The position numbers were made by a program, and so were the translations under genes. DNA of 64,000 nucleotides from Enoplolaimus lenunculus (taxonomy: Eukaryota). The notes under the pieces are model-generated. The model did not search any database. It was not told where the DNA came from and saw only the letters and a program-made list of their open reading frames with translations. The DNA is taken from assembly GCA_030248215.1 (NCBI GenBank), contig JASANG010000627.1, forward strand, positions 248,001 to 312,000. Reading direction: 5' to 3'. Positions within the stretch are counted from its first letter, which is position 1; every line of letters starts with the position of its first letter. Positions 1-19,631 of the stretch are shown here, in pieces.

Positions 1-2101
1 AACGGAACATTTAGAAATGTACAAAAAAGTTAAAAATCGGTTCCTGCCTGGCCCAGAACCGGAGGTAGATTTTTGGCTGCATCGTAAATTTTTGCACTGC
101 CGCTGTACACCCTGCCAGGTATATGCCAGTCAGAGCCAATGATAAATAATACAGTTAAAATGATGCTTAAATCGCAAATTTTAGCAGAAGGTTATATTAA
201 TGCTGTAATTCAAAATCTTCTTCGTATTTTTCAGTGGTCGTTTGTATGGTCAAAAACCCGTATATAATGAAAGTACGGTAGCGGTTTATTGAAATGTTGC
301 GAGAAGGGCTCTCTCCATACTGCTTATCTTACAATTTTATTTAGTCTAAATTTTTGAAAATTTTCCGTCAGTGTGTTAAAATGTTATTTATTTATTTATT
401 TATTTAAATAATTATTTATTTTGAACTTTAATTTGGTTAATTTAAGTGCTTTGAACTATGGAACTGACGTCTTGATTGTTATTTGTTTGTGTATTACAGC
501 GTTGTTTACGCTATTTCCGTTCAATCACTTTTTCAATTGCGTATTTTTCGGCGAGTTTCAGAATTGAGTTCTGTTGAACTATACTTCTCGGTTGAGGTTT
601 AATCGATAATGGTTTTAGTCTGAAATCTCTATTAATCAACTCAGAGAACGAGTTAGTTATTTCTGGATATTTCTGAGTTACTACATCGTGACATCATCTG
701 ATTATAAAATGACTCACGGGCTGTTTATTGATACCGATCTTTAAATTAAAGACACGAACCACATTAAAGTCCATTGTATATTTAATACGAACATAATTTT
801 TTTAAATACATTTTTATATTTCTTCTAAGCCTCGCTAAGAATATGTCAACGTAGGTACTAAAGCAACATTTCAAATTTTCTAAAAGTTTGAACGATTACC
901 ATATAAACTTGAAAAAAATACCTTCGTCACTGGCGCCCTACACGGCTAGTTCAGAGTGGCGTTGCAAAGAACTTATTTACATTGGTAGGGGCCGGCACCA
1001 AGTAAATAACTACAATTATTTAGGAATGAGACAAGGAGCTAATAATTTTTAATTGGGTAATCTCTTTACTCAACAGTAGTTATTAATGATTGGAGTGAGG
1101 GGAAACAACCTCACAGGACCCCTTTTCGGCACTTTCCACGGCCAGAATAAAAGCAGGGCTAAAGCGTAATTATCGATCAAAAATGCATGAGAAATTATAT
1201 ACCACTTTTATTGTGGTCTTTACTCAGCGTTGTTAGAGTTGCACATGACCATTGGTGTAATATGTCAAAATGGTTGTTCGTTCATTGCTGTGGGTGCCTG
1301 AAAAATCACTCGCATGCTTTCTGGACATTTCCTTTTATGCCTCTACTGGCTCTAGCACATTGTTTGGTTTTGAATAATTTAAATCACAAAGTATACTGGT
1401 ACGAGTTTAAGGCGTTGTACTTCAATAATTTATGAAAATGTCACAACGAGGTGAATCATATATTATATATATTCTACGTAAATAGAACCAGAAGGTTTCT
1501 ACAATACTGTTTAAAACGTAAAACGTTTAGTAAATTGAACAGTTTTATATATGGCGCGATATCGAGTATCCGATCATGACTCGCTAGCCAACTTTCCAGC
1601 TTCGCTGACGTCATCGGATGGCATATAGAATATCGAAATTTTTGACAACATTTTTTCAATATCGACGGCGGATGATGTAGGGACCTCAAAAATTTTTTTT
1701 TTAAAATTCAAATCTGAGTGAAATTTTTCACAGTACAGTCGTGGGAATTTAAAATATAAAAAATTATAAAAATAGAACCGGTTTAGAGCATACAGTGTCA
1801 CTCACCATCGTTTGTATCTTACAATAATGTTGCAGGCGGTTTATAAGCACCAATTTCAAAAACAAAGCACATGTTTATACTTATGATTTTTCATGCTTAA
1901 GACTGACGGCTATATGCGAGAGCAGACCTATATTCACGAAATAACAAAAGTAGAAATGGTTAAACGTACTCATTACAATTACTGTCTAAACTCACATATG
2001 CCGGAACTGTACCACAAAGACAAGCCAATATTTTTCCACGATTGTACTGAAATACGAAATATGATTTTGGTAAACTTGACTTTTTCGTTGTAGCACATAC
2101 A

Positions 2102-2281
2102 GGGCCCTGTATAGAACAGGGCCGAAACAGTAGTATAAGCATATTCGTAAGCCTAGGCGTTTGGATGAGCCTATTCCTAAGCCTAAGCTCAAGCCTAAGC
2201 AAAAAAATTAGTCCAACGCTTAAACTGACTCTATTGTAGCCCCTCCGGAAAACGATCCGGCCCTGTTCTATACTTGGGCCA
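2102..2281. mobile_element. MITE-like element with internal telomere-type (GCCTAA/TTAGGC) repeats
   Basis: TIRs GGCCCTGTATAGAACAGGGCCG ... CGGCCCTGTTCTATACTTGGGCC enclose CCTAAGCCTAAGC repeats. Related copies at 2944, 7083 and 19632. Confidence 0.7.
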
Positions 2282-2943
2282 CATACAGTTTGTGAAGTTG
2301 AACTTTTTCAATGTTGACAGCAATTTCAGCAGTTCCGTTCGATTTCTTTACTACTGTGTCCCTATATGAAAATGATATCTTGTAGGGCTATTAAATGAAA
2401 ACGAGTAATAGAAACTGTTTATTTGGTTGAATAACGAGTTTCTGGACTTGAAACGTTTTCGCATTTTTTAAATTCAAATTATTTAAATTTCAAATGCGTC
2501 AAACTCAGCTCATTGTGACATGTAATAAAAATTAAAACGAAGGAATAAAATATTGACCCCGTGGTATTTACTTTTAAATTCGGCGATCAAATATTTACGT
2601 ATTCTAAAATTCACCGGCGAATTGCACCACGTATAGCGAAGATTTTCTTGTATAGCAGAATTTACATTTTATGATCTTCTAAAAATTGCATCATTTAAAA
2701 AATAAATCCGAAACAAGCACCAAGCAATGTCTGAGCCTGTGTTCACCGGTGAATTCAGAAATTCTGACCGGGAACAGTGCAATATACAAGCGAGCGACAA
2801 GCCAAACGTATTTTAGTGTTTTAAAAATCTTAATAGAAAACTTCGATTTTCACATACCTGTCCGTAGGCGTAGACCGGTTAGCTACGTTTTGTGGAGTAT
2901 AACTTCTGCAAGTTGTTTTTCTAAATTTTATTTTTTCAAAGCG

Positions 2944-3109
2944 TTGGCCCATGTAAAGATCAGGGGCGGAACGTTTTTTGCTTGGCTTATGCTTAAGCTT
3001 AGTTTGAGTCTTAGGAATATGCTCATTTTTACGTTTAGGCTTAGGCTTAGGCTTAGGCATAGGGATATGCTTATAATACTGTTCCACCCCTGTTCTTTAC
3101 GTTGGCCAA
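2944..3109. mobile_element. MITE-like element with (TTAGGC)n, same family as 2102-2281, opposite orientation
   Basis: TTGGCCCATGTAAAGATCAGGGGCGGAAC ... GTTCCACCCCTGTTCTTTACGTTGGCCAA, with four tandem TTAGGC at about 3035-3058. Confidence 0.75.
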
Positions 3110-3214
3110 AGTGTTCCCTAAGCAGCACCTGAACTTTTTACAGAAACATGTTTTCCAATGAAATAAAGAAATATTTGCCAAAATAAACATCATTATTTAT
3201 ATTCGTTGATATTA

Positions 3215-6200
3215 ATGGCTCTTATTGGTTTTCTTCCGGTTTTCCTTGCAGCACAATTGTTTTCCATTGAATTTCTACGTGCAGCATGTTCAAAAATTGA
3301 AATCACAACAATCGCAACTAATGACTCGATCGTTGTGTCAGGCAAAGGTAACACAGAGCCGTTGGCAATTGTAACGATGACAGCTAAAAATATGCTCAAT
3401 GGCGATAAGAAACAACGCATGTATGAAGGTAAACATACAATTATTGATATTCAACAAAGTTTTGAACAGAACTTATAAAATTCAGATTCAAAATGATTAC
3501 AATGTCGAAACTTTGTTTAAAAAAACAAGCTCGACACTTTAAACATCTATCCAGGAGCGTAGGCACTTCACCTTGCTGGGGGGAGGCAAAAAATTTTCAC
3601 GAGGCACATATACAAGTACTTTCATTGACTTATACAAGCAAAATTAAAAATTTTCTAGGGGGCCAAAATTTTCTCGTGTAGAGGGGGGTTGAGACTCCTC
3701 TGGCAACCACATTGGCTACCGACCCGCATCCATCTCTAATGCGCGCACAGAAAGATGGCAATGGTTGACATTATGTTTTAAGCAGATCGACACTGTGTGT
3801 CTAAGCTCAATAAACTATGCAGCGCGAAACAGTTTGAAATTCAAATGGACGTTAAAGATAAATTCCGTTTGAACGCCAAAGTGGAACTAAAATTTGAACT
3901 TTTCAAATCGTAATGCTGAAGGCAGTTATTTTGTTAGCTTTTTTATTTTAAGCAACAATTTAATTAAGTTTACTTTTCGGTTTTAACTGAATGGATTTGC
4001 TTGAAAAGTTGAGTGAAAACATATAAATGAGCTAATTACTAGCGTTGCTTTCCTTACCATATCAACAACAGCACCTAACAACCCAGTGTTCCGACTGATC
4101 GACTACAGCTTTGGCTGCCCGTTGAAGCATTACTCGAAGTTTTCCAGAGTGTCGGCCACATCAAACACAAACTTTGAGACGTGTGAGCGAACATTGGGCT
4201 TGTTTATTTTCAACATCGGTTATCGTTTGCATACGTTTGGCCTTCAGTCAAATGAATAAGCTTATGCGCACCATAGTATGAATTTCTGCAAGCAACTACA
4301 TTTCCGGGGTGCAGCAGCTGGTCTAAAAACAAGAGGGGAGGACATAAAGCTGGAAAGACAAACATAATTTTAATAATTTGTAAGGTACGAACCTTATTAT
4401 TGCATCGGAAAAATTTCCATTCTTTATAATGCAAACTTTATATATACTTAAAAATGAAAGGGGCCGGCACCCCTGTCCCCTCGCTGCTGCGTAACTGCTA
4501 AACGTCTTAGACTAATTTTCCCCGAATGTTGCAAGAAACCAACGTAAAGTAACGCTAACTGTATTTTATTTTAGGATTTCCTGGAACATACGTTATCAAA
4601 GGAGTCGAACCTGCATCGTGGTATTCAGTTGAACTGAAAGTACAAATGGGCCAACACGTTGATCTCGCTCAGAAAGCGGTGTTGACCAAAAATGCAGATT
4701 TAACGCTTCAGACGTCCGAAGAAATGATTTCTAAATTGGTATGTAAAATAGAAGTTATTAAAAATTTAATTTGAATCAATACAATGGACCAATCACCAAT
4801 TTGTTTTTGTTCTATTTTAAATTTTAAAGCGAAGCAGTGAACAGAATTTCCAATTTGTCAAAAGTTCACGCAAAGCGATCGCTATTTTGCAATCGAAACT
4901 GTGCAAATCTGTTTGTCGATTGTGTTTTCAATTTGTCACATAATTGCTAAAATTTCAATATTGTATCTATGCTAAATACCTATAAACTGATTGATTTAGA
5001 TGCCGATTTTTTGCCGTAGCCGGAACCGGCTATACGGTCGCACCCTGATATATACGCCGTGTCTGAAATTTTGTTTTAGGTCGATTGGTCTTTTACCCAA
5101 CGAGACGATGTGTTTCAAGTAAACCTTGAATCGCTTGTTAAAGATTCGATGGACGTTATTTTAGCGCTTGACGTTTACTGTTCGGATAAAATGCGTCATA
5201 AAACAGTCAAGTTAACAAAACAAGCTTATAAAGTGTTGTTGTTATTTGGAAAGAAGTAAGTTGTTACAACAAAAGACAATAATATAAAACATGATAAATG
5301 GATGGTGCGGTAGCCAGTGGGATTAGGAAGAACGAGCGTTTCCTATGTGATTAATGTCCAGGTGGTTAATGTGAGAGTTCACGGTAAATTGAGGCAGAGT
5401 GAAAAATGTTTTTGAAAAATGTTTTGTCTTATGTTGATTCGACGTTAAACGCGAAAAACTGCTGTATAAATAGCAGATACAGATCTGTAGCCAGCTCACC
5501 TTGCTAGGGGGGCTAAAACTTTTTAAGAGGGGCATTCAAGGTTTTCAATGAGTTACATATAAGTAGGGTTGAAAATTTTCTAGGGCGAGCTAAAATTTTT
5601 CCAGAGGGGTCCGAGCCCCCCTCTGCCGCCCTTGGCTACTGATCCGGCAGTATATTGACAAATTTTGAACGACATACGACAGCTTACAAAAAACTGTTCT
5701 CATGTAGTAATTGCCTGCAAGTACCATAAACGACAATGAATTTGGCAACGTATACAGCTGCAAGAGAGAGTTCATTTTAATACATACTGTGGTGATCCGA
5801 ATAAGAGAAACGAAATAAGAGTCAGGAATGTCTATTTTGGGTCTGAATCAATATACGAGTCTATACCTAATTAGAGTCTGTACTTAAGTAGAGTCCCAAG
5901 CTATTAATTTACTCCATAAACGCCCGTTACCCTAATTAGATCCTGTAAATGCTTAATTGACCTAATTAAGTTCAGTACAACATTTGATTCATTACTCAAA
6001 GTATAATGTTAGCTGTATTCGTAGCAGCACACTCAAGTTGTAAAAGGAAATTTCTCAATTGATGAACTTATACCGTTGAAAATTGATGGCATAAGAAGCT
6101 AAATGTGCGGACGGAATAACTAACGCTAGATTGAAAATCAAATAACAGTCCGGATCTGAGTAGCAAGGGGGTGTATCCTCTGCAGAAGAGAGATAAATAT

Positions 6201-6673
6201 CGGTCACCCACGTATTCGGTTCACTACAGTATTTTATAAATATAGCACACCCAAAAAATAACCATTAACAAAATTAAAAACAGTTTAATACAGTTGCTTT
6301 TTTCAGCGACGCATCAGCAGCCAAAGCGTCAAACTCAACAAACGACAACGAATTTGACGAATTTGGCAACGAATTTGAACAGCGGCAGCTGGCGTCTGCC
6401 GGAACCGGAAACGAACAACCTCCTTTCACATGTACCGGAATGGACTATACAGTATGGCTAAGACGCGGCGGAGCTAATTACAAAGCGATGACCGGTGAGA
6501 TTGATACTGAAAATAGCGTCGAAGAAGACTTTAGCAGCGTTTTCCAAGATATTGCAACCGCGTTCAACAGCCAGAACGGCAACAATGGTGACAAAATGCT
6601 GAAATCTAATTTAGTTTTTCATGGTGCAATATTGTTATTTGTATACATTTCATTTAATTTTGTTTCATTTTAA
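3215..6673 (+). CDS. Secreted, probably GPI-anchored protein with an FN3-like segment (4 exons, 306 aa)
   Basis: Exons 3215-3428, 4575-4738, 5080-5255 and 6307-6673. All introns are GT-AG with matching phases (1,0,2); 921 nt open to TAA. N-terminus is hydrophobic (MALIGFLPVFLAAQLF), exon 2 has the FN3-like motif YVIKGVEPASWYSVELKV, and the C-terminus is a hydrophobic tail (LVFHGAILLFVYISFNFVSF) with no cytoplasmic residues. Confidence 0.8.
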
Positions 6674-7007
6674 AAAAGTACATTGTTTTGTTTTTGGGTT
6701 TGCTTTTTGTTCATTTTTTACAACACTGACAGATAGCTTAGACAAGCATAGCGCTAACGAAGTGTTCAAAAAATATTTAGAAAGTTTGTTCACTTTGTGA
6801 CCTGAAATATATAAGTTGTATGACTGTAGTCAATAATGTTTGAAACATTTTTAGTTTATAACCCTTGAACTTTCTAAACGAGTTGAACCAAAAATCGTAT
6901 ATATAATTAATAGACTTAATGTTAATTTGAGTAAGTAAATGTTCCTGGAGCAAACGAAACTTCATGGTACACGTGAATTTTAGGCAATTACTGTAGAAAT
7001 TCTGCGC

Positions 7008-7312
7008 TCATGTAATGATAGGGGCAGAACGTTGTTCTATGGACTGCAATACACTTGAGCAAACTTATAAGCTTTAAAATAATTGGCCAATGTAAAAACA
7101 GCGGTAGAACAGTATTATAAGCATATTCCTAAGCCTAAGCTAAGCAAAAAATTAGTCTCAAGCTAAAGCTTACTCTTTTCTGGTCCCACAGAAATACGTT
7201 TTGCCCCCGATCTTTACATGGGCCAAATAATTTTTTGCTCAGACTTTAGGCTTAGAATTAGGCTTTGGAATATGCTTATAGTACTATTAAGTCCTGTTGT
7301 GTATATTGGCCA
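7008..7312. mobile_element. Cluster of TTAGGC-MITE copies (one full copy at 7083-7226 flanked by two halves)
   Basis: Copy TTGGCCAATGTAAAAACAG...GATCTTTACATGGGCCAA at 7083-7226, a left half at about 7008-7070 and a right half at about 7245-7312. The layout suggests one copy nested in another. Confidence 0.6.
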
Positions 7313-8089
7313 TATTCTGTAACACTTGATAATTTAAATACATGCGAAAAATTTATGTACAAAACATTAAACCATTTGAATTTGTTGTTCTGTTTGTTCT
7401 GTAATTTTGTTGTTCCAAACGAGAAAATTGTTTTTTTTCACAAATTTAATCTCGTATTGCAAACATTTCAGTTTTTATTTAGCAACTGATTTTACCGGGA
7501 AGGTGGTACCTAAAACAAGAGTATATATTTGTGGACTAAAAGGCAAATATTCGACTAAATTTGTTGAACTGAACCAATAGCAGGGCAATTTTTGGTGCAT
7601 AGAAACTTGGCTGGTGCTTTCGGTCAAATTTTTACATGAATATATATACAAAACACACGACGGGCAAAACTTTATTGAATTTATTGATAGAAAAATTTTA
7701 TCTTTACAGTAACTATAAATATGTTTAGAAGGAAGTTTAGCTTGTTTTGCAAAACTAAATCAGGAAAACAGATTCCATAGCAGTCTTAGAGCGAACCGAT
7801 TATATTTTGATTTTAAAATTTTTTCAATGTTTCGCGTTCTTCTAAACTAAATGTCCCTGATTATAGTTAAACGTAAAACTAGAAATTAGATCGGCCCGGC
7901 AGTTATAAATTGTAATTCTGCGAGTGTTGATACAGGTTTTATGTCTTGTTTGGACGGCAAAGTGCCGTTATTATAGTTGCTCTTCTTCGTATATTATCTA
8001 ATATTCTACTTTAATGTATCAGAATGGTTACATTTTGTCTGTCAGTTGAAAATTAATAACTGAAACCAAAAGTCAATAATCGCTATTTA

Positions 8090-8357
8090 ACAAGTGTGTG
8101 CAACTGGGCACATTCTGTGTATAAAACGATGTAACCGGCACGCGTTGCGTTTTTGCCTTATTCCCTTTAGTTAGAGGGGAGTACAACCGTGCAACCATGT
8201 CACTTGCATGGGGCTTCAAACATACTCCTGCTATAGTTTAATTTAGGAGTATTCATGTGATAGCGACTTTCCTCTAAACAAGGGGGGTCTATCAAAAACG
8301 CAACACCCGGTGGTACGTTTTGCACCATGCAGAACCCCAAGTGTTGCACACTCTTGT
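8090..8357. mobile_element. Degenerate fold-back/MITE-like element
   Basis: Imperfect long inverted arms: CAAGTGTGTGCAAC / GTTGCACACTCTTG and GTTGCGTTTTTG / CAAAAACGCAAC. Confidence 0.5.
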
Positions 8358-8543
8358 ATCATGCCCTCTTGCGGAAACGGATACTAAGCAAAATTAATAA
8401 ATTCAATGGTTAGGTACATAGTGATTGACTATTAATTTTAAATTATGGATGAAGGAAAAATTTCAATTTTACGAATTTCATCATGGATGTACTTCGAGAT
8501 CATTAGTAATTCTGGTGTCCTTGTTTTTAGTTCGACCAATTGT

Positions 8544-13500
<4,957 letters not shown>

Positions 13501-15790
13501 TATGGATGAAAAGATTTATAAAAAATAGATGCAAACTGAAATTTAAATATTTGTACAGAAGCAACCATCTAAGAAACTACTTTTAGTTGAATTTTATGCA
13601 AGTAGAATATGCGCTAATAATTGGTTAGCAAATAATTGAATTAAGCTGTGATATGCACAAGAGCAGGCAGGATTTTATGTTTGAACAGCACCCACTCATA
13701 TAGAAGTGTTTGCTGACGAGCTTAAAGGGCTCTAGAGTCCATCAGGTTACATACACTAAAGCCTGAAAAAGTACCCGTTGTCTCCCTCAGCAGAAATTTT
13801 AAGACAATATATATCTACTATCCTACTCCTTTGCATATACCCCTGATTCTTTGCTAATATGACCAACAGTTTCAAAAATATCTGAAGATAAGCACGGTTT
13901 AAAAGCGAAACAGCGCTTAAAGTTTTAAATGCGTTTTGAATTTTAGGAAATGTACCTTAGAAAATTGTTCTTCTTGCTCAAATTTAACAGTCAATATGCG
14001 GTGAACAAATTTTCGTTAAAGGTGAGCAAGAAGAATGGTTTCTGCATAAACCACATTTGTTATACGTCTATTTGAAATATAGATTTTCAAAAACTTTTAC
14101 ATTTTAATACAAAATTTTCAAATTTTTAATTAATAACACAGCTAGAAAAGTACAGTATACCTATTGCGGATTTTCGAATTAGGAAATATTAAAACTAACT
14201 TTACCGCATTCTGTTCGTTAACCGTTAATATATTAAGCCTAAAAGTAAATTTTAAACAGTAACACCGTTCATTAATTATATATCAAAAGCTAACATTAAT
14301 ATTTATATTTTGCCAAAAATATACTCAAATATTAATAACGAAAACTAAACGTTTGTTCTTTTTAAAGATGCAGAACTTTTATGCGAACATGAAAAGTGAA
14401 ATTTTTCGACTTAATTACAATTTCTTATAAGTCTGCTGATAAAACTGATAACGGTAAGTAGGTTGGTTAAAGTAAAAATTATTAACAGTATGGCTGGCTA
14501 CATGGCTAAAATGGTTAACAAAACAAACTACCTATGCTTAGTATCATATTTTGATAAGTGCTTAAATATTTCTTGTAAAAACGTATTATTAACTATACTT
14601 AAATATCTTTTCAGTGTGTTTTGGTTTCACATGAGCGAGCATCAAAGATACGAACGCGAGATAAGAATCAAACGTAAAAATTTTGGTATAAAATTTTTTT
14701 CGCGTCGTTTTGCTTAAAATATGGCAAGTTGAAGGTAGCTTAGTTTGGCTTGTGACGAAAAAAATTTATTTTAATATGTAACGTATTTTGACACTAAACT
14801 ACTAAAAATTTTATCAAAAATGATGCGATTTAGAGTTGTACAGCATAATCAATTTTGATTTTTTTCAAAAAACTCTACAAGACTGATAAATGACTAACGA
14901 TGCAAGATTTCTTGTATCTTTTATGCAAAAGATTGCATTAATATTAATTTAGCAAAAATATCTGTGAGCAATTGTAAACCCTGTGTTTTGTTCACTATAT
15001 ATCTGATGTGCAGTCCGTTTTTGATGTCGACAATAGCGGATCCATGATTTTTCAGTGACCAGAGAAGTTTTCTGTTTTTCTTTTACATTTTACACTTTTT
15101 CAAAGTATATACAATCGTACGTATCCTCGCAATATATTATACAGTTTAAGCTAACAAAATATGCGGTAAGTTTCTGACGAACAATTTGAATAGCAAAATT
15201 TGCAGCATGAATAGTGAAACGAGATCCATCTTCGTCCCATGAGACCTGCCTCACCCTCGTATAGCGAGTTATATCGACCTGATGGCATAGTTCAATCTCG
15301 GGATTGATACAAGTTTGGGACTTTTGCAGTTCTGTAATCCAGAAAATGGTGTGCTAATTAAATATCGCTAAGTAAGCTGCAATTAACCTGAAAATACATC
15401 GCAAAGCGTTCAATACTTCAAAATACTTTGCATAATCAAAACGTCTCACGTTTATAGCAATTTGAACAACATACGCAAACGCACGTTTGAATGAAATCAT
15501 GCATAAATCATCAGTAAAATTGCGATCTTTATCACTAGAATCCGCAATTTATTTTCAATGCTGTTTACAAAAAGGAAGTGACTTCTGTTGAACAACAAAA
15601 CATACTTTAAATGTCCTGATAAAATTTTTCACTTTATAAATATTGGCATAAATTTACGTCCTCCAGGAGTAATTATGTATAAACGAGAACTAACCGCTAT
15701 AGAGCAGGTAATTAAAACACTTTAAGCTCATACACATGTATATACATACATATATGTATGTATGTATATACATATCTGTATATGTTAGTT

Positions 15791-16550
15791 CAGGGTTGGA
15801 ACTGGCCCGGTTTTTTAGGGTCCAGGCACGGCCCGGGCCCATTACAGTCGGCCCGGGCCCTACCTGCTTAGGCCCGGGCCTGCAAATTTTATATAGGTTT
15901 AGCGCAGAAAACTAGACATAAAACAAATCATATAAACAACACTATTTTTCATATTTCACCAAATATTGTTTAAAGCAGCTTCCTTCAGAGATACAACAGC
16001 TCCAACGACAGATGGATGCAAAATACTGCCAGTCCCGGTTACTACGTGCCGTTCAGATTCGTCGGTAATAGCTTGAATACCAAGCACGCGTTTAGTGAGC
16101 TTGAATAACAATAGAAGTAGCACTGTGTTTTCACACCAGTTATTAGCGAATTTCTTGAAGTAGCAGCAGAAACGTCCGAATTTCCAGATTCTAGATAATC
16201 AACAAGCTCGCTTGTTAGTACAGTGGACTACAAAACGTCTTACAGCCGTATAATTGGAAAGTTTGCAATTTAGAAACCCCAGAAACTCTCAGAAATTTTT
16301 GCAGAATGTAACCCTACTTTTCACAACCCATGCTACGCCGTGACCACAGTATTTATAAAAATTCAAAGGAATTGGGGTTCAAAAATATGTATCTCAATAT
16401 TATTAGTATATCGAACGAGCTGTCTATTTCATGGGCTCAAAACAGGTCATGCACTGCTCTGGTTTATTTCGGCTTGCGGGCCCAAAATTTGGGCGCAAGC
16501 CCGGGCCTGGCTGGATGCGCGGCCCCTGGCCTTGACCGGTACCAACCCTG
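15791..16550 (-). mobile_element. Non-autonomous hAT transposon retaining a transposase dimerisation-domain remnant
   Basis: Termini CAGGGTTGG...CCAACCCTG, perfect 8-bp TSD TGTTAGTT (15783-15790 and 16551-16558), GGCCCGGGCC subterminal motifs. The minus strand at about 15975-16210 reads ELVDYL...WCENT..LFKLTKRVLGIQAITDESERH...LHPSVV, typical of the hAT C-terminal dimerisation domain. Confidence 0.85.
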
Positions 16551-17488
16551 TGTTAGTTGTCAAAACCTCTGAAAAAATGGCCTTAAAATTTTCCACCAGC
16601 AGGTGTAAAGACGAGGTACAAACAACGAAAGATTGGCTGCGTGACTGTCCTGCTATGACAAAAGTTCGAACGTAAAGATTGCGTATACCGACACCTGACC
16701 TCTCGTGTTTTTGGTCTAACCTGAAAAGGTGTGGTGGCGCTGGCGTAGTTCACTTTGTAAGAAGAGACGCGCTTTTCAAGAGTCTGTTTCATCCAATCAC
16801 TTCGCAGCGCAGCAGCATCACAGTTAACTGTGCAACGAAATTTTTATATTTTTTCCAAAGTGTTATCGTGTCACAACATTAATATCACACAGTAATCAAA
16901 TGAAAATGCCAGAAACCAAAACATTTTAAGCATAAATGTATGTAAAAAATTGGAAAACGTTTCATTCTTTTTCAGAAATGTGAATATTAGCACGGCCTTT
17001 TCAAACGTGCAAATTTATTCCTAAAGAGCAGTGTTGACACCGAACACAATCTTATAAAAAATGGGCAACATTGTCTGCGCTGATTTCACAAACCAACTGT
17101 TGGTACACGAATGAAAAAAGAACCATACTTGAACATGTTACTTTTAGTAATTTAGTATATGTCGCATTTGAGACTCCATTTATATCCAGTGTTGAGAAAC
17201 GGTTTCGCCAGATATAAAATCAAACCAATCGCCAGCCAACATAGCCGGTAAAAATAAAAACGATGAACAAAAATTTAATTGAGAAAACAAATATTTCCAG
17301 ACATGTTTTTGCTGCTCACATAGAGATTTGATTGATTTCACTTGCTGTCGGTTTTTTGCAGAACATCAAGATGGTTTTCAAAGAGTTAACGCCAACGCTC
17401 ACTTGGATACAAGTGCAAAAAGTAGTGAGATAAAGCAGTCCGGTTTATGCTCGAAATGGTTTTTACATGAAAACTTACACAAAGGTCG

Positions 17489-18062
17489 TACATATGTCGA
17501 GCACCAAACAGCTATTTGACCCAGTTGGCAACGGGGCGTCCCAAACGACAATTGCTGTTCGGGGCCGCCCAAACAACAACAGGAACAACAGGTACACAAA
17601 CCAATTTTGATTGGTTGTTCAGGTTTGATTAAATTCCAGAAAACTGACTTCCACAGTAAGTATTTGCCTTCACTATATTTGCAAGCTATAAATTAAATAA
17701 TGTTTATATGAGTTGGAGGATACACGGGCGCAATTTGATTGACTAATATAAAGAACCGAAATAAAAATCAGCATTACCTATATAAACTTTGTATTCGATT
17801 AAACATTACGACACATGTTGACACACCATCGTTTGTATACAATATGAGTACTATAAACCTTGTTTAATTTATAATTTACAAATATGGTCAGGGAAAATAG
17901 TTATTGTGTAAGTGAATTTTTCGACCATAGTCAAAACTGAGCAACAAATCATCAACAGTTTGCATCGCAGTACTTGTTTGAGCTGTCCCGAACAGCAATT
18001 GTCGTTTGGGAAGTCCCAATTGCGAACTGGGGCAAATAGTTGTTAAAGGGACGACATATATA
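17489..18062. mobile_element. MITE-like element with roughly 90-bp imperfect TIRs
   Basis: TCCCAAACGACAATTGCTGTTCGGG (about 17539) is mirrored by CCCGAACAGCAATTGTCGTTTGGGA (about 17987). The similarity extends outward to ATATGTCG / CGACATAT. Confidence 0.65.
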
Positions 18063-19631
18063 CCGTAGTGACCCAAATAAGATGGGCAGGCAATAAGAGT
18101 CCGAACTCGCAATTTTGGATCTAAATCAATAAAAGTCTTTGCTCAATCCTTTATCACATGAATATTTTCTATTTTATCTAAGACCAACTTTCATGGTAGG
18201 ATTCGAAAACAAAGTACCTGTTAGCAACCAAGCAGTTTGTTTTTTACTAAGCTAATTTGCCGCTATCAAGTAACCAATCCGGAAACGCATAGCTTTGTCT
18301 GATATGATTCTGCCTTGGGCTAGCCGGCCAATGTATAGAACAGGACCGGATTGTTTTGCGGCAAGGCTGTAATAGAGTAAATGTGAGTAGGGGTTACCTT
18401 AGCCTGATCGCGTACAAGCTTCCAGGACCTAATTCATAATACCGGACCCAAATGGCAAGGGTAGAACATTCTAGAGAGCCGAAATAAAATGGCAGTTTTC
18501 TCCTATTCGGGTCACTACCATAGGGTATAAACCAGGGTACAATTGTACGTATACCTCCGCCTCCGGCAGACAATCAGCCTCCGGCTGTGGCTCCGGTAGA
18601 ATCTTTGCCGGAGGTTCCGGCAATTTCACTAGTCAAATTTTGCAGAATTTTGCAAAATGTATGTTTATAGCACGTTTCGAATTTTCAGAATTTCGCAGAA
18701 AATTAGCGTAAAACCAAACAACTCAACAATATATTGCAGATATTTTAAACTTAACTGATACCCTGGCGTACAAATATTCACCGGACTTCCGAAAATTTCA
18801 AAGAAAACATAGCGGATGCATCGAAATTTTTAGATTTCGAACGAATAGCGTAATTTTTATTTCATTTCGAACAAATTGCAACATATTTGTAATGAAAAAT
18901 TGTCTACAAGTACGCGATTTAGAATTAATTTTGAACGTTTAAAAATAACAATTTCCGTTATTTTTATAACAGAAACAGAAATAGACACCGATTTTTACCA
19001 AAAACGGAAACAAATACCCCACTTCACACATTGTTACTACAGTAGTAAGCAGTTAGGTTGGTGGTTTGATGAGAAAAAATACTGAAAGTATTGTGCGACG
19101 AGTCTCATCTTCAGTCTGCAGCTAAAGTATAGTATATATTGGTACCAGGGCGCATCCGGAATTACAATTTACCGGAACCGGTATTTGAAAAAATTACCGG
19201 AAACGAGCACGTGCAACCGGAGGTTAACAATTTCGCCGGAGAAACAGAAAAAAATAGGCAATAAAATGCTGAATTCGCTAATAGATTAAATTCTATTTGT
19301 GGAAAACCACTGTATAAACGTTCAAATTCCAAACTGGTACTTCAAATGCAAAGCTAACCGAAGGTCGCTAACAAACAGGATGTATGAGTACGAAATGTTT
19401 TTCCGAAATGGCATTGATCTCCAACAAAATACCATCGAAGCCCTTGTCACATAGCCACTTTTGTTGAAAGCGAATACCAGACGATCGCTATCAATTGTAA
19501 CCCATGAAGTGATACAGCTTCTAAATATCGGCTCATGCAATAACAGCAAATGAATTTACTCGATTAAATTAAATTCAAAACCACGGGTAGATTCATGCAT
19601 GCGTATCAATAAAACAAAATTCATTGAGTTT

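Noticed and set aside
3035..3058. (TTAGGC)4 as a true telomere or chromosome-fusion scar
   Set aside because: Short, and enclosed by the TIRs of a dispersed repeat family.
2686..3132. 148-aa ORF and the PKPKPK ORF
   Set aside because: Produced by translating the TTAGGC repeats of a MITE.
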